This document shows positions 11,493 to 23,768 of a stretch of 64,000 nucleotides of DNA, piece by piece. The translations under genes and the position numbers were made by a program. The notes below the pieces were generated by a model. That model was not told the origin of the DNA and did no database searches. It worked only from the letters and a program-made list of their open reading frames with translations. The stretch is from NCBI GenBank assembly GCA_965285935.1, contig OZ260663.1, positions 104,036,001 through 104,100,000 on the forward strand, in the 5' to 3' direction. The stretch comes from Ophelia neglecta. Lineage: Eukaryota. How positions within the stretch are numbered: the stretch's first letter is position 1; each line of letters begins with the position of its first letter.

Positions 11493-12975
11493 GCCCTGTA
11501 TGTGGCGGATATTTGCTGGATGTACTGCACCTGGCAGTACAGCAGAATAATATGGCCATCCACGAGGCCGTCTACAGTGCAGCATATTGAGGTCAGTCTC
11601 GCGAGGTCTCGCGGGAGTGCAAAATAATGGTGTGCATTAGTTTTTAACACCTACGAAGTAATAAATACTGCAATAGCTTAGACTTATATATTTTGTTCAT
11701 CCTGGTGCTGGTGTATCTGCTTCACACTGATATAATATCATAATAGAGTGGCTGGTTCTTTTTACACAAGTAACATTATATGACACTATTAAGGAGATTT
11801 ATAGCTCTTTTCTATTTACTATGAAGGGCCCTTTTTACACCTCTCTTTTGTCTTGTATTTATTGAAACATTTTCATTTTTTAGTCGTCGCTAAAATGGTG
11901 AGAGAGCTTATACCAACAAAAGGCAGATATTAATCTCATTTCTTATTTGGCCAATGTTTGTTTTGTGTTCTGACTGGAAAACTGTTTAAATACTTCTTAT
12001 TGCAAATTATTTCAGTTTGGGTGGGGGGGGGGGGGGTTATTTATTGACGTGAGTGTGCCTGTGGCTACCGGTTCCTGACGATTTCGGACCAATTAAATAG
12101 ATTATACTGTCTTGTTTTGTCTGCCGGGTATTCACTCCCGTCTCTTCTAATTGCTTGAAATAACATTATGAATTAAATTATAGGATTTAATTGGAATTAT
12201 AACTTGCGGTTAATGCTTTCTCATACACATTGTAATAAGGGCTTATTATCAGACACCCATACTTAGACTTATACTTCACAACCTTAACGGTACTTAACTC
12301 GTGTAAGACTGGATTTATTGACTGCGTTAGGCAGCTCAAATATGGTTTATTTGACGCTGTTATCCTCAGTTTGTTAAGCATGCCTTTACTACATTGAGTT
12401 TTTATTGGGATATTTGAAAGGACGCTCCACTGCATTGAAAGCTATCAAGTCGTTTATTTTGTAAATACATAAGGACGGTTCGAGGGAGTCCCTTTGTGGG
12501 GATTTCTGTAGCCTTAGGGCAGAAGACGTTATGGGGTGCCGTAGTGTGTGAGGAGTCAATACTCCCACAGATTTCCTGAATGCAATCCCTTTTCTGGAGC
12601 TCAGGATCTGCCCCGAAGCATTCACGATATCAAGGTTATAGATAGAGCGTGCGGCAGTGTCGTGAGCTGTGTCAATATCTATCAGTGTAAACAGACGTGT
12701 TCACAGGCTGTGAATGAAGCCTACTTTATATTGTAAAATATATGAACCCCTGTATCGTCTAAACATGGGCCGGGAGACAAAAAGTCCTCTTTTATGGAAG
12801 TTTTATCATGCCCCTTTAGGGCAGAAAGGGGTAACCTCGAGACGATGGGTATTTCTCCTACCCATCTGCCTCGCGATGAGATATTACTTGCTGAGAGCTT
12901 TCCCCGATACATCGTACAATATAGCCGTATTAAAAGACAAGGCTAATTAGGGACGGACTATTTGATATCTTGGGG
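11493..12975 (+). repeat. ~1.45 kb segment duplicated at 29523-30925 (copy 1, downstream of receptor A)
   Basis: Collinear blocks such as GGATGTACTGCACC, TCTCGCGAGGTCTCGCGG, GACGATTTCGGACCAATTAAATAGATTATA, GCTCAGGATCTGCCCCGAAGCATTCAC and GCTTTCCCCGATACATC are shared with copy 2. Confidence 0.9.
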
Positions 12976-15900
12976 CGGGGGGGGGGGATGTGGGAGAGGT
13001 TGTGAAATTATATTCAATTTGTAGGGAAAAATTAGTTTTTTAAAGCACGCACCCGAGGCCTTGTTTGGTTTATGCTAGCGTTGGACAGGAATAGCGGAAT
13101 TAACCGGGATTTGATATCTGCTCGAAACTTACCACCATATATTTATTATATTTCCCACACAGTAACTTATCATCATATAAACGGATATCAAATTTGTTAT
13201 TTAAATGAAAAAACTGAACTTACGTGCAAATAATGTATAGGTGGATAGAACAAGGCCCTCATCTTTCAGCCAATAGGGCATGCACCGGCGTACGCTCGTA
13301 ATGTGACCAGCGCGTCAGTAGAGGAACGACAAGCAAATGGAAATTAGCAATCAGGAAAAAAAACGCCAAGTGAAAAATTACCTTTGACAAATTGGTGTCT
13401 TTTCAAATCTTTATATGCATTGGCATTGACAAGGAAGTGGATGGAATTATATTAATACTAAAAAAGAAATATATATAAAGCCCATCTTATTGTAGACTCA
13501 CACAATTAATTAATTGATTAATATAGATATTAAGTATTTTCCCGTTATCATAGGAAATGTACTGCAGCCAATGAACTAATATGAGAATGGAAGAGAAACA
13601 TTTGTTCCAGTTCAATAAATATTTTCATTTTGTGCATGGATGATAAGAGCGTAACATTTCCCTCAGTCCCAATAGCCATAATAATCCAAATGGCTTATTA
13701 AAATAAATTTGATCTTGGGCGCTTTGTCGAATCGCCCCTTTGCCTCTTAAGGTTTTCGGCGCACTCGAGACACCGCAGAATCAAAGAGAAGTGAGTGGAT
13801 GTGAATGAACGCCTGCATCGTGTAGACAGAGGGGCGGAAGGTGGTCATTTAAGGGATAGGGTTTGAAAGGAGGGCAACGATCGCCCTGGTACCAGCGATC
13901 ATGTTAAGGATCCGCCCTTCAATGACATGACAGTTAGACTTGCTATTCAGATTAAAGGCTCAGCGATTTGGCTAAGGTTTAAATATGTTTAAGGCAAAGC
14001 GCCCAGCCGTGACATCGGCTCTAGCGAGGTATGTTCTTATACACGGGTGATGAATGACGCGTTCTATATTTGTTGAAATTTAAGTCACAATCCAGGAAGA
14101 AAAAGGTATAAGCCACTCTGTACTGCCACAGAGTACTTGGTCTGGAGGATTAAAGGGAAAGCGCCCAGCCTTTCCCTCGGTTCTGTCGCCAAACTTCCAC
14201 TTACACACATGGAATATACAGCAATAATATATATTGATTAGGTCACAAACCACGAAGTTTACCACACACCAAGTCATTAACCAAAGCAGACAATTTCGCA
14301 GGGAGAACTCCCTTTAGGTATACTAAGTACAGGACATGGATGCCGTGAATATATGTGTATTCGTGAATGTGCTTGCTTTAGCGAAATCACAAGGTAAGCC
14401 TATATTTTGAGTCAATATCATCTAAATGGCGCAAGTTATTTATCTACTGTACCCAGATTGGTGTATAGCACTATAAAAATTCTCTCGACTAGGTTAGGGC
14501 ACAGTCACTAATTTCCAGGTGGGGGAAGGGGCGGGGTGGTTGATAAAGCGTGTATACAATTGAATTTCAATTGATGACCCCCCTGCATATAATTGGCAAT
14601 TAAACGGGATGCCCCTCCCCCCTCTCCAAATATGAGTCCGAATAAAAATGGGTACTCCCCTCCCCTTATCAATAATCATAATTTAGTGATGCTGAATATT
14701 AACTAACAACTATTTGGAGGCAATATACCTTAAAAATGAGACCCAAGGCCAATTTCAACGTCACCTCTTGGTTTCTTTAGATGACGTATTATCAGTGTTT
14801 ATTGAATTTCAACTGAATATTTGTATATTAAGACACCAGAGGATTTACCGCAAACATTCGTAATTTTTAACCTCGTCAATAAATGATGTTGTAACCCGGG
14901 GCACACCGTAATCATTTGGAGATATGCCAATTTAACCGGTATAGACAGTGCTTTACGGACAACCCAAGTCAAACCTTAAATTAGCTTCACCAATTTGAGA
15001 ATAAGAAGGGTTATTACACTGAGCTCCCCTCTTAAATAAGTAGGTCTAAACAATATTCAGTCTTGGGTCACCCAATCATTTTCTATACTCCCTTTTTTCC
15101 TAAATAGCCATAGGTTCACGCAGTGTATAAGAATGCCCTACTCTAATTGCCATCTCTAGTTACTCAATCCCATTATCTAGGAAGTTAGGGGTCATATAGA
15201 GCCAGAAGATGGCCATTGTAGCGTGGAATTGTTGTCCACTCTGATTCTCATAAAGTCAGCCGCGCTTCGTTTTGATTAACTCCGAGCGTCTTAAGCGACA
15301 CGATTTAACCATGTGGGTAAAGCTTTTGAGATGGAATTCAAAGTCGTAAAGAATAATGTTTTGGGAAATCTCTTGTGACAACAGGAGATCTTACTTGGAT
15401 GAGAGAGCTTGGGTTACCTACGAAATAATATGACTGTCTACATATAACATTTTATCATGTAGCCAACAATCACAATATTATTATAACCAAAAAAGTTAAA
15501 AAGAACAGCATCATTTTCATTTTCCCAATTTTTTTGCACTGAAAGTCCGTCTCAGCAATTTCACCAGAAGCCTATTCAGTGTGTTCCACGCGTATCCATT
15601 GTTGATAATATACTGTAACATATTTAGTTTATTCTATTTCCGGTGTCTCGGAAGCTATAATCATTAGGCAAACAACTCTCGTTATTTGTCAATGTAAACA
15701 TATTGTATACTTATGTGTGTAGCATGTTCGTTAATTCTGTTTCCATAACGATTTAAATGCATATATAGTTTTATAAATTATCTCAAGACGCAGTTCCTAG
15801 ATACAACTCCGAGACACAACAACTAGTTTTAAAAGTTTTTGCCGAGGTTGAATAGCAAAAACAAAAGAACTAATGTTAATTTCCCGATGCAACCCTACAT

Positions 15901-17088
15901 CAAGCTTTTAATAGTTACTTATCGTTTCCGTCTGTGCCCTGGGTTATGTCGTGATGAATCAATCAATCAAAATTATTAGGAAAATTGCCAATTTTTTATA
16001 TCTTATGTATATAGTTGTCCTACGATACAAAGTGGGCAATATTAGACCAAACACCCTGTTGGGTTCCGAGGAGTAGATTGTTGTGATACTGGCCAGGGGG
16101 TTACGTTAAATTAGGTCATAATAACCTATTTAATATACATTTGAGAGATGGAAATGGATAATGTCGGATGAAGCTTTAAGGCTAGAGAGAAGTAGCAATT
16201 GTAGAAGGACGATAGATGTCTTGCAAGATGATTTGATGAACTCAGACTTGCATTGCAAGCAGATATCAAAAGAATTGCAAAATATGTGTAAATTTAAAAT
16301 AATGATAATAATATAAACATATTGCGAAAATGGACTTCAAGCTTTTACCGCTTAACGAAAACAATTAGAATAACAATGGACATGAGCATAGAAAACAGTT
16401 TTGAATTGGGCTACTACAGCCCAAACAATTAGTATAAGATTGATGGATAAAGGACCCATCAACCAATAACAAACAAATAAATACCCAATAACATTACTTC
16501 AATAACTCACACACCTGCAAACGGGTACGTTAATTTTCGATTAAGAATGTATGTTAGTAGTTTGCAAACAATTTCAAAGAATAAAAATTCAGCTTCAAGA
16601 TGTTATTTTTTTTAAAAAACTTATTATGCATAAAGTCTAAATGGTTTCAAAATCTTCACATACAAGGACAGAGATAACGATATTTCTAAATACGGCAATA
16701 CCTGCAACTTGTTATTAATACATCCTCAATTAATTTAGGAGTACAATGCTCCAACTGTTGTAACCGATAATCAGTTACATCTGATCATTCTCATTATGTG
16801 CCGTGTATTTGCTTCCAGACTGCGGCGATGCCACTGAATGCCGTGCCGTCTGTAACCCTGGATGTAAAGACGGTTTGTGTGAGAGGGCCACAGGGCTGTG
16901 TAGTGAGGGGTGTGACTTCCAGGAGATGGAAGACTGGGTGGTAGGGCCAGAATGTGACATTACAATACGTGAGTATGTACTATGATAAATATGGCATTAT
17001 TAAATACTACTGTGAGTTGATGTTTTCTCATGCGCCCCCTCGGCGTAGCGTATGTATATATTGAAACAAATCTATATAATTATGTTAT

Positions 17089-17539
17089 TATTCTAAACAA
17101 AACTCAAGTTTCTTTCGTTCCAATTTTATTTCGTATTTCTCAGACCATGTGCTTTACTGAAACAAACAAATTACATAAATACACTGCATGACATTACAAT
17201 ATGACTAGACAATTACAACGGACACACGTTTCTCATTATTAACTCATTGCTTTGACACTTACCGAATTTTATGGCTTCTAACATTCTAAGTGCTATTCTA
17301 ATTTTGACACACGACCATCTAAGACGCTTGACTGGCAGAAAAAGACCGAGTGGCTAATGAAGCTTGTGCTCTATCACAAACTGTGACGTCACCGGTTTGC
17401 GCTGCCTACGACAGCCAAATCATATGACACAGGATAAGCACATCACAAAGCGCGCTCCTGCGAGCAAAGCACTAATTACTGGCAAGTAGTATGGCATGGC
17501 TCCGTCCATATGGAGTAGCAGCATGACTTGACCATTACA
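17089..17539 (-). repeat. 3' LTR of the BEL/Pao element
   Basis: Direct repeat of 23769-24219 (offset 6680); minus-strand ends TGTAATGG...TAGAATA. Confidence 0.95.
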
Positions 17540-17926
17540 CACCGGGCCCCAAATTGGGAACCTTTGACCAATTTACATCAACAATGGTCAATTAAATTTT
17601 TAGAATACAATCATATCGATTATACGGTAACATAGCATTAGCTGTACAATTACAAATACTAGAGGCATACGGTAACGGAGTCATCTTGTACATCAAACAC
17701 AGTTCTACCTGTGGATATTATTATTTAACATACTGTACATACATACACTTATACACGTAGTGCAATTACTATTATCACAGTTCGAGGCATTAATTTTTTT
17801 TACATTACATGTAGTTACATTAACACATTAATATACAACCACAAAGATAGATCTAGACGTCTCTCAGAACCCGTAGTTTTATTACAATTCATATTAGCTT
17901 GAAATGACAGGCATACATTATTTGAA

Positions 17927-20900
17927 TCATCCGTCCGCTTCCAACAATAAAGACAATTTTTGTATTGGACGGCGTATTTCACTAGAGGCTGTTTGAACCG
18001 TTACATCTCTAACCAAACCTTTTTTGTCTTTGAACACGCCTGTGACACGACCAAAACTCCAAGAACTGCGCTGCTTGCTGTCGATTACCATGACAATATC
18101 ACCAACTGTTAAATTTCTTTTTGGTTGAAGCCATTTTTGTCTCTCTTGTAACAGAGGAAGATATTCTAAAGACCACCTTTTCCAAAACAAATTTGCAAAA
18201 TGCTGTACTAGACGCCAACGCTTTCTAGCGTAGGAATCTGACTGATCGAAAATGCCTGGGGGTATACTTTCCCCAGCCTGTCCCAATAATAAATGATTTG
18301 GAGTTAAAGCATCCAGGTCATTGGGATTTTCAGACAATTTTGAAATAGGCCTGTTGTTCAAAATGGCTTCGACCTCACAAAACAAAGTACTCAAACTTTC
18401 ATCATCCAGTTGCCCTGGCTGATTACTCAACAGCGAGAACAAAACCCTCCTGACTGATCGTATAAGCCTTTCCCAAACACCCCCAAAGTGAGATGGCGAG
18501 GGAGGATTAAACTCCCAGTCAATACCTTTCTGGTGCAAAGTTTCTACAATTTGGGATTGTTCTAAATCTGAAATAGACTCTTTCATTTCCCTGTTTGCAC
18601 CCACCATGTTGGTACCATTGTCGGATCTAATTTTCTTTACCGGCCCTCTTCTACTCACAAATCTTCTTATTGCATTTATACAATAGTCTGTATTGAGGGT
18701 ATGGGCTAATTCTAAGTGCACAGCTCGGACATTTAAACATGTGAAAATGACACCATATCTCTTAACTAAACTCCTTCCCCTCTTAACATCAAAGGGTCCA
18801 AAATAATCCATGCCAGTATATGTGAATGGCGGATCATCACTAATCACTCTATCTCTGGGAAGGTCAGACATCTTCTGTTCCATACACTTTGCTTTATACT
18901 TTCTACAAATTATACACCTTGCAATCAGACCTTTGATAGCTGTGCTTGCACCTGCTATCCAATATTTCTGTCTCAGAGCAGCTAGCATTGTGTTTTTGCC
19001 CATGTGACCGACTAGTTTGTGAGTGTATTTTAATATTAGCCCTGAGACATGACAATTTTTTGGCATAATGATAGGATGCTTTGCCTCATGGGAAACACCT
19101 GCCCTTTCTAATCGCCCCCCTACTCTAAGGAGACCATTCTCAATGTAAGGATCAAGTTTCCTTATTGAACTTGTCTTTTTCAAAACACCACCCTCTTGCA
19201 AGGCGGAAATTTCAGCTTGAAAACATGCCCTTTGGACGCTACATAAAATGACCTTTTCGGCGCAATTCAGCTGTTCTGATGATAATATAATTGAATTTAC
19301 ATTCAGCCTATCATGGACACGAGAATTTTTTATTTTGTCCTCGACTAGTAATTCACACTTATCACTATCAGGCTCCCTTTCAGACATTTCCTTTCTAAGT
19401 ACCCTGCGCCGGGAGACCCACATCAGCAACTTGTCCTTAAAAACTAGCAACCAAGCTACAACCCTTTTTAGTCTGCTCCATGAAGAGAATGACTTAAATA
19501 GGTCTTCTTTCTCGTTAGCTACCTTACCACAAGATATAACTGCAGGGACAGACTGCACTTCGGAGTCTTCTGAAGAAAGTGACAACTTTAATCCTGTCTG
19601 ATCCGGCCACTCACACTGTGGTTTCCATAGAAACTCTGGACCATTCTTCCAAACTGAATTTTCAATAAATTTACTCACACTCAAACCTCGGGAGGCCAGA
19701 TCTGCAGGATTATTGACACCTTCAACATATCTCCACTGGCTGGTATCAGTTGATTCCCTGATAACGTTAATGCGATTGGCAACAAATGTGTGGTATCTTG
19801 CAACATCATTTGCTATGTATCTTAAAACAGACATGCTATCAGTCCAAAATACAGTTTCTGATACCACCAGATCTAATTCTTCCCTTAACATGAAGTAAGT
19901 ACGCACCGCAAGCGTTGCTGCTGTAAGCTCCATACGCGGAATTGTTATCTTTTTCAAAGGAGACACCCTAGATCGTGCAAAGAGGAAACAACAGTGAACA
20001 TTGGCGTTCTCGTCCTCAATACGAAGACAGGAAACACAATCGTACCCTTGTGAACTAGCATCCCCGAAATTGTGAACCTGTATTGAAACCACATTACCAA
20101 GACCACCAGGTATAAAACACCTGGGCAAGCTATAACTGGCCAACTCTTCAAACTGACTTATCCACTGTTGCCATTTCTCAGCCTCAATTTTGCCTAACTC
20201 TTCGTCCCAGCCGCGCTGACTCTGACATAATTGTTGAAGCAGTATTTTTGCAGGTAGCACTGCTGGAGCAACAAACCCCAGAGGGTCAAATACTGACGAA
20301 ACCACGGAAAGAATACCTCGTCTAGTGATGGGTCCGGATTTCACGTTTGTTCTAATACTGAAAGTATCAGACTCTGCCGACCAACATAGACCTAATACAT
20401 GTCCTAATGGTAGCCCTTTACATTCAATATCTAGCTCATTTACTTCAGTGGCTCGGTCCCTTGCGGGAACTGCATCTAATACACCTTTGTGATTGCTTAA
20501 CCACTTTGTGAGACGGAATCCACCTTTCTCACACAAGGCAATCAACTTTCTCATCATGGTAATTGCTAAATCGACAGAAACTAATGACTTCAAAAGGTCG
20601 TCAACATAGAAGTTTCTGTGGATACTTTCTACAACCTTTTCTTCAAATTCTAACTGATGATCAATTGCAGTTTGTCTAAGAGCAGAAATCGCACATGCCG
20701 GTGAGCATGTCGCGCCAAATAAATTCACTGTCATCCTGTGTACCCTTGGTTCTAATGTGAAATTACCTTCCGGCCACCAAATGAACCGGAGACAATCCCT
20801 ATCGTTTTCGGCGATCCTAACCTGATGAAACATTGCTTCGATGTCCGCAGTGATTGCTACCGGGCTCTCCCTGAATCTAAGCAAAACCCCTATCAGAGTG

Positions 20901-22234
20901 CTGGTTAAGTTTGGCCCCGACAAGAGTAATTTGTTCAGGGAGACCCCATTGAATACTGCGGCACAATCGAAAACAACACGGAGTTTCTGTTTATGAGGGT
21001 GGTGAACCCCATGGTGGGGTATATACCATACCCTACCATCATTGCGATCTAACTGGGAAAGCGGGACCTCTTCCGCATACCCTCTCTCTAACATGGCAGA
21101 CATGAAGGCATTATAATCCTTTCTAAACTCTGGGTTCAATTTCATTTTGTTCTGAAGTGTTTTAAGCCGCCTACTAGCCTGCTGAATGTTATTTGGAAGT
21201 ACAACATTGGGATTTCTAAAGGGCAAATTGACCTGGTAGTGTGTTCCTGTGAACTTCATGGAGGCACTAATCTTTTCTAAAAATAGACTATCTTCAACAC
21301 TATGCTCTTTCCTGTCGTCTACAACCCGCTCAGGAAAGTCTAAATTAATGGAATTTCTTACAAGTTTGTCCAGATTTCTTAGTTCTTCACTCTTTTCAAT
21401 ATCTTTGGCTTCAGCCTCAATATGGTTCACTGAAAACACTGCACTATCTGGGCCAGAGTTTCTAATGACATTCCAAGGAATCCAACCTAACCTAGACCTG
21501 GTAGCATGGGGAGACCCTTTTGGCCCTACTATAATTTCCAGAGGGGTAAAGGCGTCAACCACATCACATCCAATTAACAAGTCTATATCTGCATGTATCT
21601 CTGAAATCTGTATTTCACTCAAATGAGGCCAATTTTCCAAATCAGATTGTTTAGGAATATGGCTCCTTGAAACAGGCATTTTCTCTGTAGTATACAAACA
21701 CGGAATTTCAATACTTTCACTACTGGCATTACCTATTCCACTAATAACCAAATTTTTCAAGCAATTGGTATACAAAGTGCTTTCGCCAGTCATAGTTTTT
21801 ACAGTAACCTTCTGCCTACGGCCTGAGCCACCCAATTCATACATAAGCTTTTCTGTGCAAAAGGTTTTAGTGCTGCCCGAGTCAAGAAAAGCGTAAGTTT
21901 CAACAGCTTTAATACTACCTGCTCGGCTAACTCTTACAGGAATTATGGCCAAGGCGGTCTCCGACAGACGTTCACCAATAAACGCACTAACTTCTTTACA
22001 CTCAGTTTGATCATTTCCAGGAACTGAAATTTTGTCAACATGCAAGAATGTGTTGTGTCTACCTTTACACCTTTCACAACATGGCGTTACCTTACAATCT
22101 CTGATCATGTGCTGGGAACCCAAGCACCCGAAACATCTACCCTTTGACCTTAGAAATGATAACCTTTCTTCCTTTGGCTTTTTCAAGGCTACTGGACATA
22201 CAGGTAAAATGTGAGTTTTGGCAGAACAATACAC
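17927..22234 (-). CDS. pol: BEL/Pao pol polyprotein (Zn knuckles, aspartic protease, RT, RNase H, integrase)
   Basis: CFGCLGSQHMIRDC and CERCKGRHNTFLH knuckles; AFLDSGS protease; WYIPHH...RVVFD...DIEAMFHQV...FYVDDLL RT; FGDASSQ...IPRMEL...WTDS...NPADLASR RNase H; GMDYFGP...SDNGTN...GVWER integrase. Confidence 0.95.
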   Translation of the reverse strand: MYCSAKTHILPVCPVALKKPKEERLSFLRSKGRCFGCLGSQHMIRDCKVTPCCERCKGRHNTFLHVDKISVPGNDQTECKEVSAFIGERLSETALAIIPVRVSRAGSIKAVETYAFLDSGSTKTFCTEKLMYELGGSGRRQKVTVKTMTGESTLYTNCLKNLVISGIGNASSESIEIPCLYTTEKMPVSRSHIPKQSDLENWPHLSEIQISEIHADIDLLIGCDVVDAFTPLEIIVGPKGSPHATRSRLGWIPWNVIRNSGPDSAVFSVNHIEAEAKDIEKSEELRNLDKLVRNSINLDFPERVVDDRKEHSVEDSLFLEKISASMKFTGTHYQVNLPFRNPNVVLPNNIQQASRRLKTLQNKMKLNPEFRKDYNAFMSAMLERGYAEEVPLSQLDRNDGRVWYIPHHGVHHPHKQKLRVVFDCAAVFNGVSLNKLLLSGPNLTSTLIGVLLRFRESPVAITADIEAMFHQVRIAENDRDCLRFIWWPEGNFTLEPRVHRMTVNLFGATCSPACAISALRQTAIDHQLEFEEKVVESIHRNFYVDDLLKSLVSVDLAITMMRKLIALCEKGGFRLTKWLSNHKGVLDAVPARDRATEVNELDIECKGLPLGHVLGLCWSAESDTFSIRTNVKSGPITRRGILSVVSSVFDPLGFVAPAVLPAKILLQQLCQSQRGWDEELGKIEAEKWQQWISQFEELASYSLPRCFIPGGLGNVVSIQVHNFGDASSQGYDCVSCLRIEDENANVHCCFLFARSRVSPLKKITIPRMELTAATLAVRTYFMLREELDLVVSETVFWTDSMSVLRYIANDVARYHTFVANRINVIRESTDTSQWRYVEGVNNPADLASRGLSVSKFIENSVWKNGPEFLWKPQCEWPDQTGLKLSLSSEDSEVQSVPAVISCGKVANEKEDLFKSFSSWSRLKRVVAWLLVFKDKLLMWVSRRRVLRKEMSEREPDSDKCELLVEDKIKNSRVHDRLNVNSIILSSEQLNCAEKVILCSVQRACFQAEISALQEGGVLKKTSSIRKLDPYIENGLLRVGGRLERAGVSHEAKHPIIMPKNCHVSGLILKYTHKLVGHMGKNTMLAALRQKYWIAGASTAIKGLIARCIICRKYKAKCMEQKMSDLPRDRVISDDPPFTYTGMDYFGPFDVKRGRSLVKRYGVIFTCLNVRAVHLELAHTLNTDYCINAIRRFVSRRGPVKKIRSDNGTNMVGANREMKESISDLEQSQIVETLHQKGIDWEFNPPSPSHFGGVWERLIRSVRRVLFSLLSNQPGQLDDESLSTLFCEVEAILNNRPISKLSENPNDLDALTPNHLLLGQAGESIPPGIFDQSDSYARKRWRLVQHFANLFWKRWSLEYLPLLQERQKWLQPKRNLTVGDIVMVIDSKQRSSWSFGRVTGVFKDKKGLVRDVTVQTASSEIRRPIQKLSLLLEADG

Positions 22235-23700
22235 GATTCTTCTTTAGTTACACTAGTGGTGGCAAACGTCCGAGAAGAAACCCCCCTGCTGTCCTTTGGA
22301 CCAGGAAGCCTTTTGCATTTGTCCTTCACTGATTCGCCACAGCTATTTACTGCCTCTCTACCAAACACTGGATCATTTAATTTCTTGGATTCTCTTTTCA
22401 CAAACTGTACGAATTTATCAAAGGACACATTCCTACCAGATTCATTATTAGCTACAACACCACGCCACCTATCGTGAAGCTGATATGGTAATTTGCCTAA
22501 CAGCCTTTTTATATTGACGGGAAAGTCAAAGGTTTTCATTGCATCAATAGTTTGTGTGGCATACAAACACTCTGCTAAAAATACACTGTAATTGTCTAAA
22601 CCCCTAGGATCGTCATAACGAATTTGTGGCCATTTCAGGGCCTTTTGCAAAAATGCATTGGCAATTACATGTTCATCTCCATACCTCTCTGCAAGTTCTG
22701 CCATTGCGGCGGTATAACCATTTTCCAAATAACTGAAACCACTTACAACTCTACTTGCTTCTCCAACTGTGAACTGTTCCAAATAGCTCATTCTTTCATC
22801 GTCACTTTCTGTATACATCACCACCCTTTGCTGAAATTGCCTCATAAATTTTTTGTATTCAACACAATCACCACTAAATTTCTTAATATCAATTTGAGGT
22901 CTCCTTAACTGATTTACAACCTTTGAAATTGAGTTAAATTGACCGTTGTCGGACTCTACCAAGGCTAGGCTGTTAGATTTAACACTGACATCGGGTACAT
23001 TACTCACAATTTTGCTATGATAAGTGACCTGATAATCTTTACCTTGAATTGATTTACCTGCAGAAACGTTTTCGAAATTGTCTATTACTGATTTTCTGGC
23101 CTCTGCAATAGCCAACTGAGTCTTTATTTCGAAGTGTTCTTCTTCACAGCGAAGGTTTACCTTGGCCAGCTCCAATCTTTTCTTTTCCTCCAAAGAGGCG
23201 GACCTTGCCAGGAGCTCTGCATGTTTCTGTTCCTCCCGAAGTAGTGCACTGCTTCTTTTAGAATGGCTTGAACTGCTCTTGGTAGATACAGATGATTCTT
23301 GGTAAGCATTTCCTTCTCCCAGAACTTCCTTAGCCTTGCTGCTCAAGATAAACTGTTCTGTCGTGGATTTGAAACCCTTTAGGCTGTCCAGCCAAGGACT
23401 GAACGTCTCTTGTCGCTCCTCCTTACCAGCGGTATCTAGAAGAGTTTCCACTTCCTCTTCCAATATCAAGAGTTCATCAAACAAACTCACCCACTTCTTG
23501 TATTCGGAGGCCACTAACGGCTGACTGTTTTCCACTGTCATTAGATAGCGCGTGTCCTTCATTTGCCTGCTGAGCTTCCGTACATGAGTGTCTATTTGAT
23601 CAGTCTTTACGCTTATCGTGTAAGCTAACCCCTTGTCGGTCAACTTTCTTATTCTTTCCGACTCCCGTCTTTCTTCTTCCATGTCGCCGTTGGCCGCCAT
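22189..23700 (-). CDS. gag: BEL/Pao gag
   Basis: 503-aa ORF with a coiled-coil N-terminus and a FSGDCVEYKKF...LAERYGDEH...LLGKLPYQLHDRW capsid-like region typical of Pao gag. It is out of frame with pol at the first Zn knuckle. Confidence 0.9.
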   Translation of the reverse strand: MAANGDMEEERRESERIRKLTDKGLAYTISVKTDQIDTHVRKLSRQMKDTRYLMTVENSQPLVASEYKKWVSLFDELLILEEEVETLLDTAGKEERQETFSPWLDSLKGFKSTTEQFILSSKAKEVLGEGNAYQESSVSTKSSSSHSKRSSALLREEQKHAELLARSASLEEKKRLELAKVNLRCEEEHFEIKTQLAIAEARKSVIDNFENVSAGKSIQGKDYQVTYHSKIVSNVPDVSVKSNSLALVESDNGQFNSISKVVNQLRRPQIDIKKFSGDCVEYKKFMRQFQQRVVMYTESDDERMSYLEQFTVGEASRVVSGFSYLENGYTAAMAELAERYGDEHVIANAFLQKALKWPQIRYDDPRGLDNYSVFLAECLYATQTIDAMKTFDFPVNIKRLLGKLPYQLHDRWRGVVANNESGRNVSFDKFVQFVKRESKKLNDPVFGREAVNSCGESVKDKCKRLPGPKDSRGVSSRTFATTSVTKEESCIVLPKLTFYLYVQ

Positions 23701-23768
23701 AATCCTGGGACTTTCCAGACTCTAAAACTCTAAGTCTCTCACCTCGTGGTAGCCAATTCGTAAATGGA

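Noticed and set aside
12640-12736. Cys-rich ORF shared by both copies of the duplicated block as a further EGF exon
   Set aside because: Cys spacing does not match the family EGF module, one Cys is lost in copy 2, and there is no clear donor.
14889-15200. Possible LTR remnant with PPT (minus strand AGAGGGGAG then TGTAATAACCC)
   Set aside because: Too short and degenerate; no second LTR or recognisable protein motif.
22189-22234. Programmed -1 ribosomal frameshift between gag and pol
   Set aside because: No slippery heptamer, and the shift breaks a zinc knuckle.
18810-23524. Plus-strand ORFs within the BEL element
   Set aside because: Antisense shadows of gag/pol with no independent motifs.
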